Positions 23,927 to 32,000 of a stretch of DNA of 32,000 nucleotides are shown here, one piece after another. The notes under the pieces were generated by a model, which had not been told where the DNA came from, searched no databases, and was given only the letters and a program-made list of their open reading frames with translations. The translations under genes were made by a program, and so were the position numbers. Source of the stretch: Trichlorobacter lovleyi SZ (GTDB taxonomy: Bacteria > Desulfobacterota > Desulfuromonadia > Geobacterales > Pseudopelobacteraceae); contig NC_010814.1 in NCBI RefSeq assembly GCF_000020385.1, positions 3,885,762 through 3,917,761 of the forward strand, in the 5' to 3' direction. Position 1 is the first letter of the stretch. Each line of letters begins with the position of its first letter.

Positions 23927-24969
23927 CAGTACTGCCTCAGGATGGCATAGCCGGTGCTGCGCTGAGCAGCACTAAAGCCTGCAGTCTGAATCAGCTCAAT
24001 CATCTCCTGTTGTGACATCCTGAAACAACAGCCAGCCGCAGCAACCACATTCTCTTCCAGCATGGTACCACCAAGATCGTTGGCGCCAAAAAACAGCGCT
24101 ACCTGAGCCAGCTTTGCCCCTTGAGTCACCCAGCTGGCCTGAATATTCGGAATGTTGTCAAGTACAATTCTGGATAACGCGAGCACTTTCAGGTACTCAA
24201 CTCCTGTGGCTGTAGAACCTCCCAACTCGGTGTTTCCGGGCTGGTACGTCCATGGTATGAACGCTGTGAACGAGCCTCCCGAAGCCTGTAACTCCCGTAC
24301 CCTGAAGATATGTTCCACAATCTGTTCCGGTGTCTCTGTGCTGCCGAACATCATGGTGGCGGTGGTGGTCATACCCAGTGAGGCTGCAGCCAGCATTACT
24401 TCTCCCCAGCGCTTCCAGCCGATCTTTTTCGGCGAGATGGCCTGTCGTACCTCATCCACCAGGATCTCTGCGCCACCACCTGGTACCGAAGTCAGACCGG
24501 CTGCCTGCAAACGTGTAAGTACCTGCATAACCGTAAGGCCATGGCGGTCTGCCAGGTGGCAGATTTCAGCGGGAGACAGCGAATGATTTTGTACTGTTGG
24601 AAAACGTCTCCGAATCTCGCCAAACAGCTCCTCAAAGTAGGTAATGGTGAGGCCCGGATGCAGGCCGCCCTGCATCAGCAGTTGCGTGCCGCCATGTTCC
24701 ACAAGCTCAGCGATCTTGGCAAAAATGCTTTCATGCTCCAGCAGATAGGCATCAGGTGCGTCAAGATCCCGGTAGAACGCACAGAATGAACAGCGCGATT
24801 CACAGACATTGGTATAGTTGACGTTACGGTCCACCACAAAGGTAACCTGTTTATCCGGGTGCAGCCTGCAGCGGATAGCGTCTGCCCAACGCCCAAGCTG
24901 CAGCAGATCGCCATGCAGCAGCAGTTCAAGTGCCTCGGACCGGTCCGGCGTCTGTCGCTCTCCGATCAT
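23926..24969 (-). CDS. Radical SAM enzyme of the MqnC/MqnE (CofH-like) family, futalosine-route menaquinone biosynthesis
   Basis: 347 aa. Cluster motif NYTNVCESRCSFCAF. Family blocks GGTQLLMQGGLHP, TATMMFG and FTAFIPWTYQP. I cannot separate MqnC from MqnE by eye. Confidence 0.75.
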   Translation of the reverse strand: MIGERQTPDRSEALELLLHGDLLQLGRWADAIRCRLHPDKQVTFVVDRNVNYTNVCESRCSFCAFYRDLDAPDAYLLEHESIFAKIAELVEHGGTQLLMQGGLHPGLTITYFEELFGEIRRRFPTVQNHSLSPAEICHLADRHGLTVMQVLTRLQAAGLTSVPGGGAEILVDEVRQAISPKKIGWKRWGEVMLAAASLGMTTTATMMFGSTETPEQIVEHIFRVRELQASGGSFTAFIPWTYQPGNTELGGSTATGVEYLKVLALSRIVLDNIPNIQASWVTQGAKLAQVALFFGANDLGGTMLEENVVAAAGCCFRMSQQEMIELIQTAGFSAAQRSTGYAILRQY

Positions 24970-25361
24970 GGTTGCAGCCCCTGAGCCAGTAGTTCTCTTA
25001 CTTCAGTGGGAATTCTCCTGGCCTTTAGCCCTGGTGTTACGCAGGCCAGGGTGACCTCTGCCTGCACCAGCAACTGTCCGTCGGCATCTCGCAGCACTTG
25101 CTGCTGCAGGGTAAAGGAGGAGCCCCCCACTCGCACAGGTACGGTTGTCACTTGCAACAGCTCGTCATGGCGCGCCGGGGCCTTGAAATCAATTGCCATT
25201 CGCACCACCGGAAAGACGGCCCCTTCGGCTGCCAGCTGTGCGACCGAGCAACCCTGGTCACGCAGAAACTCGGTTCTGGCCCGTTCCATGTAGTTCAGGT
25301 AATTGGAGTGGTAGACCACCCCGGCAGCATCGGTATCTTCGTAGTAGACTCTGATCTTCAT
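24966..25361 (-). CDS. YbgC/4HBT-type hotdog-fold acyl-CoA thioesterase
   Basis: 131 aa. N-terminal signature VYYEDTDAAGVVYHSNYLNYMERAR. 4-nt overlap with the downstream radical SAM gene. Confidence 0.8.
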   Translation of the reverse strand: MKIRVYYEDTDAAGVVYHSNYLNYMERARTEFLRDQGCSVAQLAAEGAVFPVVRMAIDFKAPARHDELLQVTTVPVRVGGSSFTLQQQVLRDADGQLLVQAEVTLACVTPGLKARRIPTEVRELLAQGLQP

Positions 25362-25459
25362 AGCTGTTCCAAGCCTGTCACTCTACTGCAGTTGGCCCTG
25401 CTCTGCAACCGCAGATGCCAAGGCTGTTAACAAATCAAGCGCCCAACAGCAAAACAAGC

Positions 25460-25483
25460 AAAAAGGCGCCAATTTCAGGCGCC
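25460..25483 (-). terminator. Intrinsic terminator (minus strand) downstream of rsmG
   Basis: The minus strand reads GGCGCC-tgaaatt-GGCGCC followed by TTTTT. Plus-strand coordinates: A-run 25460-25464, stems 25465-25470 and 25478-25483. Confidence 0.5.
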
Positions 25484-25528
25484 AAACAATTTTAAGCAAA
25501 AACCCATAGTCTGATAGCAACTCAATCG

Positions 25529-25553
25529 AAAAACGCCCTTACAGGCCGTTTTT
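25529..25553 (-). terminator. Second, weaker terminator-like hairpin immediately after rsmG
   Basis: AAAAACGCCCTTACAGGCCGTTTTT. A short GC stem with one bulge, flanked by A5/T5 runs, 27 nt from the rsmG stop. Confidence 0.4.
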
Positions 25554-25579
25554 GACAACAGGCTACGCCAGCCCTGTAT

Positions 25580-26227
25580 TTATCGTGCTTTGCGCATGAT
25601 CACCAGGCTGCGTCCGCCCATTTTCAATGGCAGGCGGTAGTTGACAGCCGGCTCGACCCTTAATCCTGCCGCAGCAATCGACTCCTTCAAGAGGCCAACC
25701 TCCTGTTCAGCATCGATACCGCGCATCGAGACCAGTCTTCCGCCGACGGATACCAATGGAGCAGCTAACTCGACAAAAAGCTCCAGACTGCTGAAGGCCC
25801 GCGACGTCACCAGATCAAATCCGCCAGACCGATCAGCTGCCAGCAATTCGACCCTGCCATGTAGCGGTTCAAGATTTGTCAGTTTAAGCAGCCGGCCGAT
25901 ATGTTTCTGAAAGCTGATCTTCTTCCCCACTGCATCAATCGAGGTTATCAAGCAATCAGGCCTGACAATGGCAAGCACCAGGGCAGGAAAGCCCGCTCCT
26001 GAGCCGACATCCAGTATCCGGTCACCCGGTCTGAGCTCAGGCACCAGATGCAACGAATCAATCAGGTGCTTGATGGTCATCTCATCCCTGCCAGTGATAG
26101 CCGTCAGATTGATTTTCTTGTTCCAGCGCAGCAATTCCTGCAACAACAGCTCACAAGCCCCATACTGCTGCTCCGTCAGTTCAAGATTTAGTTCCGCAAC
26201 AGCCTTGGTCAGCAGCTCACGGTTCAC
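25580..26227 (-). CDS. rsmG: 16S rRNA (guanine527-N7)-methyltransferase RsmG (GidB)
   Basis: 215 aa. SAM-binding motif ILDVGSGAGFPALVLAI. Conserved position directly downstream of mnmG (1-nt gap). Confidence 0.9.
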   Translation of the reverse strand: MNRELLTKAVAELNLELTEQQYGACELLLQELLRWNKKINLTAITGRDEMTIKHLIDSLHLVPELRPGDRILDVGSGAGFPALVLAIVRPDCLITSIDAVGKKISFQKHIGRLLKLTNLEPLHGRVELLAADRSGGFDLVTSRAFSSLELFVELAAPLVSVGGRLVSMRGIDAEQEVGLLKESIAAAGLRVEPAVNYRLPLKMGGRSLVIMRKAR

Positions 26228-26228
26228 C

Positions 26229-28115
26229 CTACTGCTCTCCTCTACCTTTCAGCATCACCGAAATAATCGCAATCGCAGCAGGTGTAACCCCCTGAATACG
26301 GGCCGCCTGCCCCAGGGTATCGGGCTTGAACCGCTCCAATTTTTCCCGTACCTCTGACGTTAGGCCGGGAACGGCTTTGTAGTCGAGATCAGACGGTATC
26401 CTGGCCTCTTCCTGTTTTCGCACTCGCTCTATCTGCTCCAGTTGACGCTCGATATAGCCTTGATACTTGACCTGTATCTCAACCTGCTCGCGCACCGCGC
26501 TCGGCAGTTCTGCAGCCTGCCGGTCAATCTCCTGCAGCTGCTGGTAGCCTATTTCAGGCCTGCGCAGCAGCTGCTCGTAGCTGGCGCCTTTGTGCAGATC
26601 AGCACAACCATGCCGTTTACACCAGCTCTTTTCTTCAGGATTCAGACTGAGACGTGTAGCACGGATCCGCTCCAATTCATCCCGGATCTGCCCCTGCTTA
26701 CGACAGAACCCGGCATAGGTTGTCTCATCAACCAGACCGACTGAATGGCCGATCTCCCGCAGCCTGATATCAGCATTGTCCTCACGCAGCAGCAGGCGGT
26801 ACTCGGCCCGCGAGGTAAACATCCGGTACGGCTCCCTGGTGCCCAGCGTGACGAGATCATCCACCATGACTCCGATGTATGACTCATGCCTGCCCAGCAT
26901 AATCGGCTCTCTACCCTTGACCTTCAGGGCTGCATTAATCCCTGCCAGAATGCCCTGCCCAGCCGCTTCTTCGTAGCCCGACGTACCGTTAATCTGCCCG
27001 GCATGAAACAGATTTTTTATCAACTTGGTTTCTAGGGTGGCATGCAGTTGCACCGGATTCACGTAATCATACTCAATACCATAAGCAGGCCGCATGATCT
27101 CCACCTGCTCAAGGCCGACCATGGAGCGATAAAAGGCGATCTGGATATCAATCGGCAGTGAGGTAGACATGCCGCTGGGATAATACTCAACCGTCTCCAG
27201 CCCCTCCGGTTCAACAAAGGTCTGGTGACGCTCCTTATCGGGAAAACGGACTACCTTGTCCTCAATCGAGGGGCAGTAGCGCGGGCCTATCCCCTCAATT
27301 ATTCCGGCATAGAGCGGCGAACGATCCAGACCGCTGCGGATAATCTCATGGGTACGCTGATTGGTGTAGGCAATATAGCACGGCACCTGCGGCATGGTGA
27401 TCCGCTCCGTACTGAAGGAGAACGGCACTGGCGGGTCATCGCTGTATTGAGCCTCAAGCCTGCTAAAATCAATTGTTCTTCCATCCAGACGGGCCGGCGT
27501 ACCGGTCTTGAGCCGTCCCACCTCAAACCCCAATGCCTTCAATTGATCCGAAAGTCCCAGAGAAGGCAGGTCCCCTGCCCTGCCACCAGCATAATTGATC
27601 AGGCCGATATGGATCAGGCCCCGCATAAAGGTACCGGTCGTCAACACAACCGTCTTTCCGAGAAAGCGGATGCCGCTGCGGGTATCTACCCCGCGCAGTT
27701 CTCCACTCTCAAGATGTAGCGCCGTAACCTCACCCTGTTTGACGTGCAGGTTCGGTTGTTGTTCAAGTACCCGCTTCATACGTAAACGATAGAGCTGTTT
27801 GTCTGCCTGGGCACGACCGGCACGCACCGCCGGCCCTTTGCGTGTATTCAGCACACGGAACTGTATTCCGGTGGCATCAATATTTTTTGCCATCTCGCCA
27901 CCCAGCGCATCGATCTCACGCACCAGGTGCCCTTTGGCCAATCCCCCGATTGAAGGATTGCACGACATCACCGCCATGCCATCGAGGCTCATATTCAACA
28001 GCAAGGTCAGGCACCCCATTCTTGCGGCAGCCAGTGCGGCCTCGCAGCCGGCATGACCGGCACCCACCACAATCACATCGTATCTGGTTTCATAGCTATG
28101 CATCATGGCCACCAT
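26229..28115 (-). CDS. mnmG: tRNA uridine 5-carboxymethylaminomethyl modification enzyme MnmG (GidA)
   Basis: 628 aa. FAD fold YDVIVVGAGHAGCEAA. Characteristic blocks GGLAKGHLVREIDALGG, GPRYCPSIEDK and LFHAGQINGTSGYEEAA. Two further in-frame ATGs at 28106 and 28103 are alternative starts. Confidence 0.95.
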   Translation of the reverse strand: MVAMMHSYETRYDVIVVGAGHAGCEAALAAARMGCLTLLLNMSLDGMAVMSCNPSIGGLAKGHLVREIDALGGEMAKNIDATGIQFRVLNTRKGPAVRAGRAQADKQLYRLRMKRVLEQQPNLHVKQGEVTALHLESGELRGVDTRSGIRFLGKTVVLTTGTFMRGLIHIGLINYAGGRAGDLPSLGLSDQLKALGFEVGRLKTGTPARLDGRTIDFSRLEAQYSDDPPVPFSFSTERITMPQVPCYIAYTNQRTHEIIRSGLDRSPLYAGIIEGIGPRYCPSIEDKVVRFPDKERHQTFVEPEGLETVEYYPSGMSTSLPIDIQIAFYRSMVGLEQVEIMRPAYGIEYDYVNPVQLHATLETKLIKNLFHAGQINGTSGYEEAAGQGILAGINAALKVKGREPIMLGRHESYIGVMVDDLVTLGTREPYRMFTSRAEYRLLLREDNADIRLREIGHSVGLVDETTYAGFCRKQGQIRDELERIRATRLSLNPEEKSWCKRHGCADLHKGASYEQLLRRPEIGYQQLQEIDRQAAELPSAVREQVEIQVKYQGYIERQLEQIERVRKQEEARIPSDLDYKAVPGLTSEVREKLERFKPDTLGQAARIQGVTPAAIAIISVMLKGRGEQ

Positions 28116-28133
28116 GTTCCACGTGAAACATCA

Positions 28134-29516
28134 TTACTTGCCAATACAAAACGAAGAGAAAATCAGATCAAGCAGGTCGTCGGTCGTGGTCTCGCCGGTA
28201 ATCTCACCAAGGGCGGCAAGGGCGGTCCTGAGATCCAGAGCTAACAACTCCGGCGGCAAGCCAAGCGACTGGTTGTCGGCAAAATCCTGGAGAGACCGCT
28301 GGGCACGAACAAGAACATCACGATGACGAACGTTTGAGATCACAGCAGCAGCATCGGATGAAAAGGCCGAAGACTGTACGAAGTGGTCGTAAATCTGAGC
28401 GGCAAGCCGGTCAATACCGGCCCTGCTCTTTGCAGAAACGCTGCAGACTCCGAGAGGCGCGGCCAGACCTGACAGATCGAGCAACTGGGGAAGGTCTGAC
28501 TTGGTCACCACCAGCAGATACGGAAGCGCGGCAAGCGATGTAGCCAGCTCCAACAATTCATCACTCAACGGGGCAGTGCCATCGACCAGTAAAAGCAGCA
28601 GATCAGCCTCAGACGCCTTGTCAAGCGCCCTGCGGACCCCCTCCTGCTCGACACAGTCGGCGTGATGGGCACGAATACCGGCAGCATCAATAACCTTAAC
28701 CGGCAACCCCTGCAGGGAAACCGTCTCTTCAATCAAATCGCGGGTGGTACCGGGCAGTGCTGAGACAATCGCCCGGTCAGTCCCTGACAGGGCGTTCAAG
28801 AGACTGGATTTGCCGGCATTCGGAAGCCCCAACAGGAGGACCGAAACACCGTCACGCAGCACCTTTCCGCTTGCAAAGGTAGCAAGCAGTCGGCTGATTC
28901 CGGCAGAAACCGTTGCAATTCCGGTCTCAATGGCCTCGAAGACAGCAGGATCAACCTCGTCCTCAGGAAAGTCTATATGAGCCTCCACCAAGGCTAAAGA
29001 CTCAACTAGCGGTGCCTTCAAGGCAGCTAATGCACGGGACAGATGACCTTCACGTTGCGACTGGGCCAGGCTTAAAGAACGTTCTGTACGGCTGGCGATC
29101 AGGTCCATGACCGATTCTGCCTGGGCAAGATCGATACGGCCGTTCAGGAAGGCCCGTCGGGTAAATTCACCCGGTTCAGCCAACCTGGCACCAGCAGAAA
29201 TACAGGCCTGGAGCACGGCACGAACCAGATAATAACCACCGTGACAGTGCAGCTCGAGCACATCCTCGCGGGTGTAGGAGCGGGGAGCCCGCATCAGAAC
29301 TGCCATGCCTTCATCTATCAGACCGTCATCAAGCGGATTAACCAGGCGACCATAGAAAAGGCGGTGGCTCTCAAAGCCACCGCCGTTCTTCGTGCCTGAT
29401 CCTTTAAAAAGCTTCCGGCCAATCTGCTCTGCGTCAGGTCCACTGACCCGTACTATGCCCACTCCACCAGAACCAAGCGGAGTCGCTATGGCAGCAATGG
29501 TATCACGAATATACAT
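28134..29516 (-). CDS. mnmE: tRNA modification GTPase MnmE (TrmE)
   Basis: 460 aa. N-terminal TIAAIATP. G1 motif GLPNAGKSSLLNAL. G3 DAAG and G4 TKSD variants. Diagnostic C-terminal CIGK. Confidence 0.95.
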   Translation of the reverse strand: MYIRDTIAAIATPLGSGGVGIVRVSGPDAEQIGRKLFKGSGTKNGGGFESHRLFYGRLVNPLDDGLIDEGMAVLMRAPRSYTREDVLELHCHGGYYLVRAVLQACISAGARLAEPGEFTRRAFLNGRIDLAQAESVMDLIASRTERSLSLAQSQREGHLSRALAALKAPLVESLALVEAHIDFPEDEVDPAVFEAIETGIATVSAGISRLLATFASGKVLRDGVSVLLLGLPNAGKSSLLNALSGTDRAIVSALPGTTRDLIEETVSLQGLPVKVIDAAGIRAHHADCVEQEGVRRALDKASEADLLLLLVDGTAPLSDELLELATSLAALPYLLVVTKSDLPQLLDLSGLAAPLGVCSVSAKSRAGIDRLAAQIYDHFVQSSAFSSDAAAVISNVRHRDVLVRAQRSLQDFADNQSLGLPPELLALDLRTALAALGEITGETTTDDLLDLIFSSFCIGK

Positions 29517-29527
29517 GGCGCACCGGA

Positions 29528-31120
29528 TCAGTCTTTAACAAGCTTGTTGATATATGCCTGCTGACCAATGGTCAGAATATTGTTAATCAACCAGTACAGA
29601 ACCAGGCCGGAGGGGAAACTGAGAAACATGAAAGTAAAGATAACCGGCAGACCCAGCATGATTTTCTGCTGCATTTCATCCATGTTGGAAGGAGTCATTT
29701 TCTGCTGAATAAACATGGTGACACCCATAATGACCGGAGTCACATAAAAGGGGTCCTTGTCAGACAGGTCGGTAATCCAGAACATGAACGGGGCATGCCG
29801 CAGTTCAATCGAATACATCAGCGCCTTGTAAAGGGCAAAAAACACCGGGATCTGAACAATCATGGGGAGGCAGCCACCCAGAGGGTTAACCTTGTGGTCG
29901 CGGTACAACTCCATGACAGCGCGGTTCATGGCATCTTTGTCATTTTTGTATTTCTCTTTCAAAGCAGCCATCTTAGGCTGCAATTTACCCATTTCTTTCA
30001 TCGACTTGTAGCTCTTATGGGTAAGTGGAAAGAAAAATATCTTCAGGATGACGGTGATAATAATGATCGCAATACCGTAGTTGCCTACATAGCGATAGAA
30101 GAATTTAAGCGAATAGAGCATCGGTTTGGCAATGGCAGAGAACCAGCCCAGATCAAGTGACTGCTCCAGAGAGCTGCCTTGAGCCTTGAGGATGTCGATC
30201 TCTTTGGGGCCGATAAACAGTTTATGTGCAACGGTCACAGCCTGGCCAGGAGCAACAGAAAAAGCCGGAGTACTGATATCAGACTCAAGGTAACCGGCGG
30301 CACTCTTCTTCAACTCAACTGACGCTATACTGTTATTTACGGAGAGCAAGGCACTTAAAAAGTATTTATCATTGATGGCTGCCCACGTTATGCCCTTGTC
30401 ATACTTCTTGGTTGCGGAAGCAACGTTCTTAGGCGCATCGGTATGTAGTGAGCCATCTGCATAAAGAGAGGAACCATAGGTTTCATAACGACCGTCTTTT
30501 TGAGGTGGATCGAACGGAGAAGTAAACAGATACTGAAATGCACCTGCAATAGGTGCAGCCGAGTTGTTGACCAGCTGCGTCTCCAAAGCGATCCCGTAAC
30601 CGGTACCGTCAAAAGTATACGTCTTACGGACAACGAAGCCCTGAGCGTCGACATAGGTAAAGACAAGCTGCTTCTTTTCACCGGACAGGAGCTTTAAGGA
30701 GCTTACATTAGGACTGTAGGCTGCTTGAGCTGAAAGAGCAAAACCAACTCCACGGGTTGAAAAGGACGGCAGGGCAGGATCAGCATTGGCAAGCAGTTTT
30801 ACCTGCGCTGCACCAGGTTTGTTGGTCTCTCGAAAACCTTTTAACGTCAGACTCTTCAGAGAAGCACCTACACCGCTAAAGACAGCGGTATAACGCTCGG
30901 TTTCTACCGTCACATCGGCCGCAGAAACTATCTTGGGAACCACCACCGGGGCAATGGCCGCAGCCTGAACACTCACTGCGGGTGCAGCTCCAACATTCTC
31001 AGTTTTAACAGGGACAGAGACAGCAGCAGGAGCTGGTTTCTTTTCTGGACCATAAAAAAACGAAAAAAGATAGAAAACACCGATGGAAAGTACTACTGCG
31101 AGTATCGTCCTTTTTTCCAT
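29528..31120 (-). CDS. yidC: Membrane protein insertase YidC
   Basis: 530 aa. N-terminal TM, large periplasmic domain, conserved C-terminal core ([40 protein letters not shown]). Confidence 0.95.
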
Positions 31121-31138
31121 GAAAACACTCCGTGGTCA

Positions 31139-31351
31139 CTAGGAGACCGGATCGTACCCGCCGGGATGCCAGGGATGGCATCTAAGCAGACGCGATACTG
31201 TCAACAGCATACCTTTATAGGGGCCGTAACGGCGTATAGACTGCAGTGAATAGTCAGAACACGTTGGGTAAAAACGACAGGAACCTGGAAGCAGGGGGGA
31301 GATACACAACTGATATGCCCGGATAGCTGTTATAAGGATTCGTGACAGCAT
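31139..31351 (-). CDS. yidD: Membrane protein insertion efficiency factor YidD
   Basis: 70 aa. Signature [22 protein letters not shown] ... [12 protein letters not shown]. Overlaps the rnpA 3' end by 22 nt. Confidence 0.9.
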   Translation of the reverse strand: MLSRILITAIRAYQLCISPLLPGSCRFYPTCSDYSLQSIRRYGPYKGMLLTVSRLLRCHPWHPGGYDPVS

Positions 31352-31701
31352 GTACGTGAACCGATCTGCTGAAAGGCACGCTGCAGCTCACTGCTGAGAG
31401 CCGCGGCGCTATTTTCAGCAGCCTGGCGTCGAACGATTACATTCAGATCCACGCCGGGCAACAGTGAACAATGATGACGAAAGAACTCTCTGATATGACG
31501 CTTTAGACGATTTCGTACTACAGCATTGCCTGTTTTCCGGCTGGCCGTGATCCCCAGTCGGGGATACTCATACCCATTCTCTCTCCAAACAACAAGAAAA
31601 GACCGTCCGGAGACTACAGTCTTGCTGTCGGACAGTCTTAGGTACTCTGAACGGCTCAGCAGGCGGTACTGCTTAGGAAAGCTGTTGCCACGCGCCGACA
31701 C
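31330..31701 (-). CDS. rnpA: Ribonuclease P protein component
   Basis: 123 aa, basic. [13 protein letters not shown] and [21 protein letters not shown] (RNR motif). GTG start at 31701, 18 nt after the rpmH stop; the exact start is uncertain. Confidence 0.85.
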   Translation of the reverse strand: MSARGNSFPKQYRLLSRSEYLRLSDSKTVVSGRSFLVVWRENGYEYPRLGITASRKTGNAVVRNRLKRHIREFFRHHCSLLPGVDLNVIVRRQAAENSAAALSSELQRAFQQIGSRTCCHESL

Positions 31702-31718
31702 TACAGGTACAGAAAAAA

Positions 31719-31868
31719 CTATTTACTTGCGACCTGAACAGAGAGACGCTTACGGCCCTTCGCGCGACGACGCTTGATAACCAGACGACCGTTTTTGCTC
31801 GCCATACGTACCAGAAAACCATGGGTACGCTTACGTGATGTATTACTTGGTTGAAATGTTCTTTTCAC
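31719..31868 (-). CDS. rpmH: 50S ribosomal protein L34
   Basis: Too short for the ORF track; translated by hand from the minus strand. GTG start at 31868 with GGAG 7 nt upstream. Product (M)[51 protein letters not shown] stop at 31721-31719. Confidence 0.9.
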
Positions 31869-31959
31869 GGCGCTGCTCCAGATTACTTTGTATTTTTGTG
31901 GGAATGCTCTTATTTCTCAAATGCATCCGTAACCCACTGTCCTGAGTACAGGAACGGGA

Positions 31960-31989
31960 TTTATACTCAAATTACTTAAAAAATGTCAA
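31960..31989 (-). promoter_or_regulatory. Near-consensus sigma-70 promoter of the rpmH-rnpA-yidD-yidC-mnmE... cluster
   Basis: The minus strand reads TTGACA (31989-31984), an 18-nt spacer, then TATAAA (31965-31960). It lies about 90 nt upstream of the rpmH GTG. Confidence 0.5.
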
Positions 31990-32000
31990 GACTTTTTGTT

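Noticed and set aside
25404-25420. Sigma-54-like motif on the minus strand upstream of the thioesterase gene: TGGCAT-CTGCGG-TTGCA.
   Set aside because: The spacing is GG-N11-GC rather than the strictly conserved GG-N10-GC, and no activator gene is nearby. I treat it as a chance resemblance unless transcription start mapping says otherwise.
31897-31938. DnaA-box-like 9-mers at the right edge: TGTGGGAAT at 31897-31905 and TAACCCACT at 31930-31938.
   Set aside because: Each matches TTATCCACA or its complement at only about 6 of 9 positions. Only 132 bp of this intergenic region is visible, so no oriC call can be supported from this window.
1-32000. CRISPR arrays, tRNA or rRNA genes, IS elements, integrases, toxin-antitoxin pairs or known phage-defence gene signatures.
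   Set aside because: I saw no regularly spaced repeats, tRNA-like cloverleaf signatures in the intergenic regions, transposase or recombinase motifs, or small paired ORFs. The only helicase present is a DinG-type repair-like protein with no nuclease, methylase or Cas neighbours.

Overview
Densely coding 32-kb chromosomal window with about 31 CDS and no rRNA, tRNA, CRISPR array, IS element or integrase that I could see. The gene content suggests a Geobacter/Desulfuromonadales-like deltaproteobacterium, but that is a low-confidence guess. Four blocks are visible. (1) 2-4825: end of a transglutaminase-like gene, a minus-strand histidine kinase / HIT / M16 peptidase run, and two small hypothetical envelope proteins. 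(2) 4870-7386: an 838-aa protein with a RadC-like JAB/MPN domain (perfect JAMM motif) fused to a DinG/XPD-type Fe-S helicase. (3) 7.4-15.7 kb: the only plus-strand gene block right of 4870. It encodes a kinase with a periplasmic solute-binding sensor, a GTGA-overlapped sigma-54 (NtrC-type) response regulator, and a 267-bp control region with a 41-bp palindrome and a correctly spaced GG-N10-GC promoter. Downstream lie an exported tetrahaem flavocytochrome c (Fcc3-like), an MFS permease and an OprD-type porin. I rate this the most interesting candidate system, a closed sense/enter/reduce periplasmic respiration module. (4) 15.7-31.9 kb, all minus strand: a tightly packed 11-gene run (YbgC-type thioesterase, MqnC/E radical SAM, RNase D, arnC, split arnA, nadD, rsfS, rlmH, orphan MacB/LolD-type ATPase, ABC-F). 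It is followed by the origin-proximal cluster rsmG-mnmG-mnmE-yidC-yidD-rnpA-rpmH. I found rpmH by hand because it is too short for the ORF track. A near-consensus sigma-70 promoter sits at the right edge, so dnaA/oriC probably lies just beyond 32000. All functional calls rest on motif recognition in the translations; no database search was possible.
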